Positions 28,288-32,810 of a stretch of 32,810 bases of DNA are shown one piece after another; the stretch's first letter is position 1, and each line of letters begins with the position of its first letter. Under the pieces are notes generated by a model. The model was not told where the DNA came from. It searched no databases and saw only the letters and a list, made by a program, of their open reading frames with translations. Made by a program: the position numbers and the translations under genes. The stretch is from Verrucomicrobiota bacterium (lineage in GTDB: Bacteria > Verrucomicrobiota > Verrucomicrobiia > Limisphaerales > SXQI01): NCBI GenBank assembly GCA_033762115.1, contig JANRLX010000102.1, positions 1-32,810 on the forward strand. Reading direction: 5' to 3'.

Positions 28288-29297
28288 AAATTCTGGTCAC
28301 TGGGGGGGCGGGATTTATCGGGAGTCATTTCATCCGGTATCTTTTGCAGCAGGCGGAGGTGGAACAGGTCCTGTGCATCGATGCGCTGACGTATGCAGGG
28401 CATCTTGAAAATTTATCGGATTGCCTGCAAGACTCACGCTTCCAATTTCAGAAGCTGGATCTTCGGGATAAAGAGGAGGTGCTGGCTTGTGTCCGAGGCG
28501 CGCAACCAACTCATATTGTCCACCTGGCTGCGGAATCGCATGTGGACAGGTCGATTGAGGGGCCGGGGGATTTCATCCACACCAATGTGGTGGGAACGTT
28601 CAACCTGCTGGAGGCGTGTCGTGGAGTATGGCAGGAAAATTGGAACGGGAAACGGTTTCACCACGTATCAACGGATGAGGTTTACGGAAGCCTCGGTGAA
28701 ACGGGCCTGTTCACAGAGAGTTCGCCGTATGCTCCCAATTCTCCCTATTCCGCCAGTAAAGCATCGAGCGACCTGCTGGTGCGGGCGTATCATCACACTT
28801 ACGGAATGCCGGTGGTGATCACGAATTGCTCGAATAATTACGGGCCTTACCAGTTTCCGGAAAAACTGATCCCGGTGGTGATCCAGAAGATCATGCAGCG
28901 GAAATCGATCCCGGTGTATGGGGATGGAATGAACGTGCGGGACTGGCTTTTTGTGCGGGACCATTGTGAGGCGCTCTGGATTGTTCTCACGCGTGGAAAA
29001 TCCGGGGAGACTTACAATATCGGAGGGAACAATGAGTGGGCAAATCTCCGGCTGGTGGAGTTGATCTGCGACCTGGCAGATGAACTGAATCCACCTTCTG
29101 ACAAGAGGAGCCGGGAGTTGATCAGTTTTGTGAAGGACCGTCCGGGTCACGATCGGCGATATGCGATTGATTCCTCAAAGATCGAAGGTGAACTGGGATG
29201 GAAGGCGGGAACAAGGTTCGAGGATGGAATGAGGGAAACAGTCCTTTGGTATCTGGAGAATCGAAAGTGGGTGGAAACAGTGTTGGGAAAGAAGTAG
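28284..29297 (+). CDS. rfbB: dTDP-glucose 4,6-dehydratase
   Basis: GTG start after AGGAGG; TGGAGFIGS, AAESHVDRSI, STDEVYG, YSASK, DRPGHDRRYAID. Confidence 0.96.
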   Translation: MKILVTGGAGFIGSHFIRYLLQQAEVEQVLCIDALTYAGHLENLSDCLQDSRFQFQKLDLRDKEEVLACVRGAQPTHIVHLAAESHVDRSIEGPGDFIHTNVVGTFNLLEACRGVWQENWNGKRFHHVSTDEVYGSLGETGLFTESSPYAPNSPYSASKASSDLLVRAYHHTYGMPVVITNCSNNYGPYQFPEKLIPVVIQKIMQRKSIPVYGDGMNVRDWLFVRDHCEALWIVLTRGKSGETYNIGGNNEWANLRLVELICDLADELNPPSDKRSRELISFVKDRPGHDRRYAIDSSKIEGELGWKAGTRFEDGMRETVLWYLENRKWVETVLGKK

Positions 29298-29298
29298 T

Positions 29299-29952
29299 TC
29301 AAGGTTTGGGGATTCGCAGGGTGGCGCTGATCATTGCGCTGCCGCTCAGGAGATAGATCAAAGAGAGCGGGTGAAATATCCATGGACCGAGCCTGACCGA
29401 ACCGAACCAGAGGCTGTTCCCAACGGCATCCAGTTTAAAGGCAATCGCGAGGAGAATCACGATCAGGATGCTTGTGGGGATGGGGGTTCCCTCGAAGTAT
29501 TTGACCTTCCCAGTGCTGCTGTCGGAAAGGGAGGCAGCGGTGACATTGAAGCGAGCAAGGCGACTGACCCCGCAAAGGACAAAATAGGTCAGACAGACCA
29601 TATCCCATCCGCCACGCAGCCCCAGAGTGAAGCCAAGGACAGCCGGGGCAACGCCAAAGGAAATCACGTCAGACAGGGAATCGAGATCAGCCCCGAGAGT
29701 GGATTGGCGGGAACGCTTTGACCGGGCGACGTAGCCATCGGCAATATCCATGAGCAATGCCAGAGGCAGGAAAAGGAAGGCGAGCCAAAGGAAACGGTTT
29801 TGGCCCTCTGCCACAAAATCCAGGCAGAGGAAAATGGAAACGATGCCGAAGGCTGCATTTCCGAGGGTGAAAAGGTCCGCGAGGGTATAAGAGCGGAGCA
29901 TGGAGAGATGGGGCTTTTTCGGTGTCTCGATCCCCTGCTCCCTTTTTTCCAT
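29299..29952 (-). CDS. pssA: CDP-diacylglycerol--serine O-phosphatidyltransferase (CDP-alcohol phosphotransferase type)
   Basis: D..DG.VAR......G..LDSL.D.ISFGVAPA, RLARFN, YFEG.P.P, IPKP end. Confidence 0.85.
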   Translation of the reverse strand: MEKREQGIETPKKPHLSMLRSYTLADLFTLGNAAFGIVSIFLCLDFVAEGQNRFLWLAFLFLPLALLMDIADGYVARSKRSRQSTLGADLDSLSDVISFGVAPAVLGFTLGLRGGWDMVCLTYFVLCGVSRLARFNVTAASLSDSSTGKVKYFEGTPIPTSILIVILLAIAFKLDAVGNSLWFGSVRLGPWIFHPLSLIYLLSGSAMISATLRIPKP

Positions 29953-29977
29953 GAGCTAGTTTCGCACAGTTTTTGAA

Positions 29978-30006
29978 AATAAAAAAGCCGCTCTTTCGAG
30001 CGGCTT
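29978..30006 (-). terminator. Rho-independent terminator of the second PEP-CTERM paralog
   Basis: AAGCCGCTC-GAAA-GAGCGGCTT followed by a U-tract on the minus strand. Confidence 0.9.
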
Positions 30007-30093
30007 AAGCGAGAACACATTTAATTACTTGCGACGGCGGGCGAGCAGGGCCAAACCACCGAGAATCCCAAGGGCAATTGTGCCTGGCTCTGG
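29978..30093. repeat. Direct repeat copy 1: terminator plus PEP-CTERM-coding 3' end
   Basis: 29978-30008 is identical (31 nt) to 30625-30655; 30021-30093 matches 30673-30745 at 71 of 73 nt. Confidence 0.92.
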
Positions 30094-30573
30094 GACGAGA
30101 GTGAGACTCTGGAAACCCAATCCAAGTAAAGGGGCGGCTGGCAAAATGGCGCCACCTCCACCAGGATCGCCGCCAAGGAAAGGGACGGTCACGTCATTCC
30201 ATTGTCCATAGAATGCCAAAGGATCATTGGCAGCAGCATCATAGCTACCAGCGGAAGTGCTGTAAAAAATGAAGCGAAATGTCGCGGATTGACCCGGAGG
30301 TACACCGGGAACTACAACGTCCACAGGATTGACATAGAATTTGACGTCTTCACTGGCGGTCTGAAATGTGGTGGTGGGGGTTAATGGTGTCAAGGCTCCA
30401 CCTGCTCTCACAAGGAGAAGTTGAGCGGTAATTCCTGCGCCCGCGCCTGTGCCATCAGGCAGTGCAACTTTAGCATCAATTCCAAGGGATGGATCAAAGT
30501 TACTCAGACGGACAATCCCCTGACCATAGGTCGTGAGTGACGAAACGATGCATAACAGAAGAATTTTTTGCAT
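30025..30573 (-). CDS. PEP-CTERM sorting-domain protein (paralog of 30677-31261)
   Basis: Signal peptide ending TYGQG; VPEPGTIALGILGGLALLARRRK. Confidence 0.9.
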   Translation of the reverse strand: MQKILLLCIVSSLTTYGQGIVRLSNFDPSLGIDAKVALPDGTGAGAGITAQLLLVRAGGALTPLTPTTTFQTASEDVKFYVNPVDVVVPGVPPGQSATFRFIFYSTSAGSYDAAANDPLAFYGQWNDVTVPFLGGDPGGGGAILPAAPLLGLGFQSLTLVPEPGTIALGILGGLALLARRRK

Positions 30574-30624
30574 AATTGAGAGCCTTTCTCCTATTGATCC
30601 ATAAAATGCCTGTCAGATCAAGAC

Positions 30625-30653
30625 AATAAAAAAGCCGCTCTTTCGAGCGGCTT
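30625..30653 (-). terminator. Rho-independent terminator of the first PEP-CTERM paralog
   Basis: Same GAAA-loop hairpin and U-tract as at 29978-30006. Confidence 0.9.
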
Positions 30654-30745
30654 AATGAGAACACACTAACAATTAATTACTTGCGACGGCGGGCGAGCAG
30701 GGCCAAACCACCGAGAACTCCAAGGGCAATTGTGCCTGGCTCTGG
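30625..30745. repeat. Direct repeat copy 2: terminator plus PEP-CTERM-coding 3' end
   Basis: Matches copy 1 at 29978-30093. Confidence 0.92.
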
Positions 30746-31261
30746 AACAATCGTAAGGGTAAACCCTTGCAAACCTACCAAAGTAGGAGTTGTGATAGGA
30801 GCACCACCGCCGACAGGAGTTCCGCCAAGAGCAGAAACAGTCACATCATTTGATTCCCCAAATTGGAATGTGGTTGAATTAGCTGCTGCATCATAGCTAC
30901 CTGCTGCGGTTTCGTAAGCACGGAAGCGGAAGGTAGCGGATTGCCCTGCAGCTATTCCAGGAACAACCACATCCGTGGCATTGATGTAGAAATGATTTGC
31001 GGCTGATCCAGTCGTACGGAATGTCGTTGCAGGAGTCAGGGGAGTCAATGAGCCACCTGCTCCAACAAGAAACAATTGAGCAGTAATGGCTGGTCCAACA
31101 GTCCCACCAGCACCCAAACCGGCACCTACAGTTCCTGCAGCACGAACAACTTTGGCATCAATTCCAGCCGCAGTATCGCGAGTGGAGAAGAAGACAGACC
31201 CTTGACCGTAAGTCGAAAGACTTACCAACACAGCAACTAATGCAATTAGTGTTTTTTTCAT
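30677..31261 (-). CDS. PEP-CTERM sorting-domain protein, Gly/Ala/Thr-rich
   Basis: Signal peptide MKKTLIALVAVLVSLSTYGQG; VPEPGTIALGVLGGLALLARRRK. Confidence 0.92.
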   Translation of the reverse strand: MKKTLIALVAVLVSLSTYGQGSVFFSTRDTAAGIDAKVVRAAGTVGAGLGAGGTVGPAITAQLFLVGAGGSLTPLTPATTFRTTGSAANHFYINATDVVVPGIAAGQSATFRFRAYETAAGSYDAAANSTTFQFGESNDVTVSALGGTPVGGGAPITTPTLVGLQGFTLTIVPEPGTIALGVLGGLALLARRRK

Positions 31262-31296
31262 TTTATGTTTGTTCCTGATTTCGATTGATTTAAATG

Positions 31297-31947
31297 TTAT
31301 TCAGAGACGCTGAAGCTCTGAGTCCAATTAACCGTGCCAGCAGCAGCCTTGAAATAGAAGAATGCTTCCCCAACTTCCAAAGGTTGCAATGCAGGATCCC
31401 AGCCACCATTCAGCTCATCATAACCACTCGTGCGGTATTGCTGAGTGCTTTCATTGAACTGGAAAATTTTATCGCCATCAGCACCCTGAAGACCAAGAGC
31501 TTCTGCAGTGCCAGCTTTTGGAACTTTCGAGCTCTTGATAGAGAAGCCTTGGGCGATTGGATTGACAATTGAAGTACCGGTCGCCACTTCACCGACGAAA
31601 GTGATTGTTTGGTTTTGGTTACCAGGAATAAAAACAAACACGCCTTCACCAGGAGTGACAGTCAAAGCACCGTTAGCGCCGTAAGAACCTTCCAACTCGT
31701 CAAACTGAGCAGTGGCGAATGTGCTGCCGGTAAATTTCAACACACGGGTTGAATCCGGAAGACCAGCAAACAAGCTCTCAATTGTATTATTTGAAGCAGT
31801 GAGAGGGTTTGCAACCAAGTTAAAGCCAGGAACGAGAGTCTTGTTAACATAACCGACTGCGTTCACAGAGAAGACTTGTTGAGCCATTGAGCTGACAAGG
31901 CCGGCTGAGGCCAGCGCAGCTGTCAGAAGTAGTGTTTTTGTTCTCAT
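31297..31947 (-). CDS. Secreted hypothetical protein ('V.S.NAVGYVN' type), no membrane anchor
   Basis: Signal peptide MRTKTLLLTAALASAGLVSSMA-Q; VFSVNAVGYVN...GFNLVANPL; an internal duplication (PGEGVF and VGEAFF halves). Confidence 0.85.
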   Translation of the reverse strand: MRTKTLLLTAALASAGLVSSMAQQVFSVNAVGYVNKTLVPGFNLVANPLTASNNTIESLFAGLPDSTRVLKFTGSTFATAQFDELEGSYGANGALTVTPGEGVFVFIPGNQNQTITFVGEVATGTSIVNPIAQGFSIKSSKVPKAGTAEALGLQGADGDKIFQFNESTQQYRTSGYDELNGGWDPALQPLEVGEAFFYFKAAAGTVNWTQSFSVSE

Positions 31948-31977
31948 TTTGATTAGTTTTGTTCCGTGTGTGCGGCC

Positions 31978-32006
31978 AATCTCTCAAACCCTGCCAATAG
32001 TGTCAA
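31978..32006 (-). promoter_or_regulatory. Putative sigma70 promoter of the secreted-protein/PEP-CTERM unit
   Basis: Minus strand TTGACA-N17-GAGATT with a TG extended -10, preceded by A-tracts. Confidence 0.55.
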
Positions 32007-32269
32007 TTCTTTTTTGAACAATTTTTGAGTTACAAGTGTCTGGCCAAAATATCTGTAGTTGTGACAGTTCCATGCTGTTCACTCACATCAATATATCGGA
32101 TGAATTGGACAGAACTCAAGAGGATTCTCCCACCAGGAGCCTGCCTGGGTCAGTCCAGAGTATTGGTTAGCGATTTAAATATTTCAGGTTCAAATACTTG
32201 AAAAGAATTTTCGGGGATGCCAGACCGCCCCTTTGACTTCTTCGGTGAATTGGCATTTCCAATAAAGTC

Positions 32270-32577
32270 CGGGAGAACGTGGGAATTAATGGTCACAACC
32301 CATGACTGCGCCTATTCGGGTGGGCAGTTGGTTTGCTGCCCTCCCCAATATATATAGTATGGCTATGGCCTGGTCTTCTCGCTTCGTTCCGGAGAGGAAG
32401 TGGGAGTTGGTGGGAATTGCTGGCTGCAGCGGATTGGCCTCAGTCCATGGGGTCGCGGCAGTTGGTTTGTCAGCAGTCTTGAGCTCGGGTGGATTGTATG
32501 AGAGTTGGGTCTCCACAATGGGATGGGCTGGGCTGCTGGCTTGGCTCGCAGGAGTCACTGGGAATAAGTGGGAATTG
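32270..32577. repeat. Three clusters of 10-bp-phased (T)GGGA(A/G) motifs, each ending in GTGGGAATT
   Basis: cgggagaacg|tgggaatta (32270-32288); tgggagttgg|tgggaattg (32401-32419); tgggaataag|tgggaattg (32559-32577). Confidence 0.6.
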
Positions 32578-32810
32578 TTGATCTCGTTGTCGTCTTCGAG
32601 GGGGAGGGAGGGGATGGGGAGGTGTTCGAGTTGCTGGAAGGTGGCCTGGATCTGGTCGAGGTCTTCTTCGAGGGTGGGAGGAGGGAGTTCCTGTTGGTAG
32701 TTGAGTTTGTCGCGCTGGAGGGAGGCGCGGCTGAGTTTGGCGAAGATGGTGGCGGCGGTGTTGAGTTCCTGGAGGTTGTCGAGCGGTTCGGATGCGAGGT
32801 GGAAGAGTTG
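32286..32810 (-). CDS. Hypothetical protein, 3' part; start lies beyond the window
   Basis: The frame is open for 175 codons from 32810: QLFHLASEPLDNLQELNTAATIFAKLSRASLQRDKLNYQQELPPPTLEEDLDQIQATFQQLEHLPHPSLPLEDDNEINNSHLFPVTPASQ...GCDH*. Third positions are strongly C-biased in the upstream half. Confidence 0.6.
   Translation of the reverse strand, partial: QLFHLASEPLDNLQELNTAATIFAKLSRASLQRDKLNYQQELPPPTLEEDLDQIQATFQQLEHLPIPSLPLEDDNEINNSHLFPVTPASQASSPAHPIVETQLSYNPPELKTADKPTAATPWTEANPLQPAIPTNSHFLSGTKREDQAIAILYILGRAANQLPTRIGAVMGCDH

Noticed and set aside
29978..30745. Repeated hairpin as a possible CRISPR, REP or MITE
   Set aside because: There are only two copies, each just after a paralog's stop with a U-tail, so they are duplicated terminators. 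No spacers or cas genes.

Overview
A gene-dense bacterial chromosomal segment, very likely Verrucomicrobia (Pedosphaera/Limisphaera-like). The inference rests on three PEP-CTERM genes, a prepilin H-X-DG protein, a membrane-anchored ECF sigma factor, a GH44 with a '...S.NL.NW...FYR' tail and a secreted 'VFSVNAVGYVN' protein. No CRISPR array, rRNA, integrase or transposase was seen. In order: AI-2E permease (partial), LAB_N protein, DUF892, miaE, Lrp, prepilin-like gene, ECF sigma, a four-gene L-sugar oxidation operon, ROK protein, PEPCK, PEP-CTERM, M14 peptidase, bioB, SDR, aroD, GDPD, NIPSNAP, HDOD protein, DUF2383-like protein, hybrid kinase, tRNA-Thr(TGT), GH44, rmlA, plant-type epimerase/reductase, rmlB, pssA, two paralogous PEP-CTERM genes with a secreted partner, and a partial orphan ORF with phased 10-bp motifs. 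Best leads: (1) an L-galactose-type operon with an added IolO-like epimerase, a candidate L-glucose/L-galactose route to D-tagaturonate; (2) a BioB that has lost three of four canonical auxiliary-cluster ligands; (3) an rmlC-less rhamnose operon with an NRS/ER-like enzyme; (4) a candidate surface-layer locus beside pssA. All family calls come from motif recognition by eye; no database was searched.
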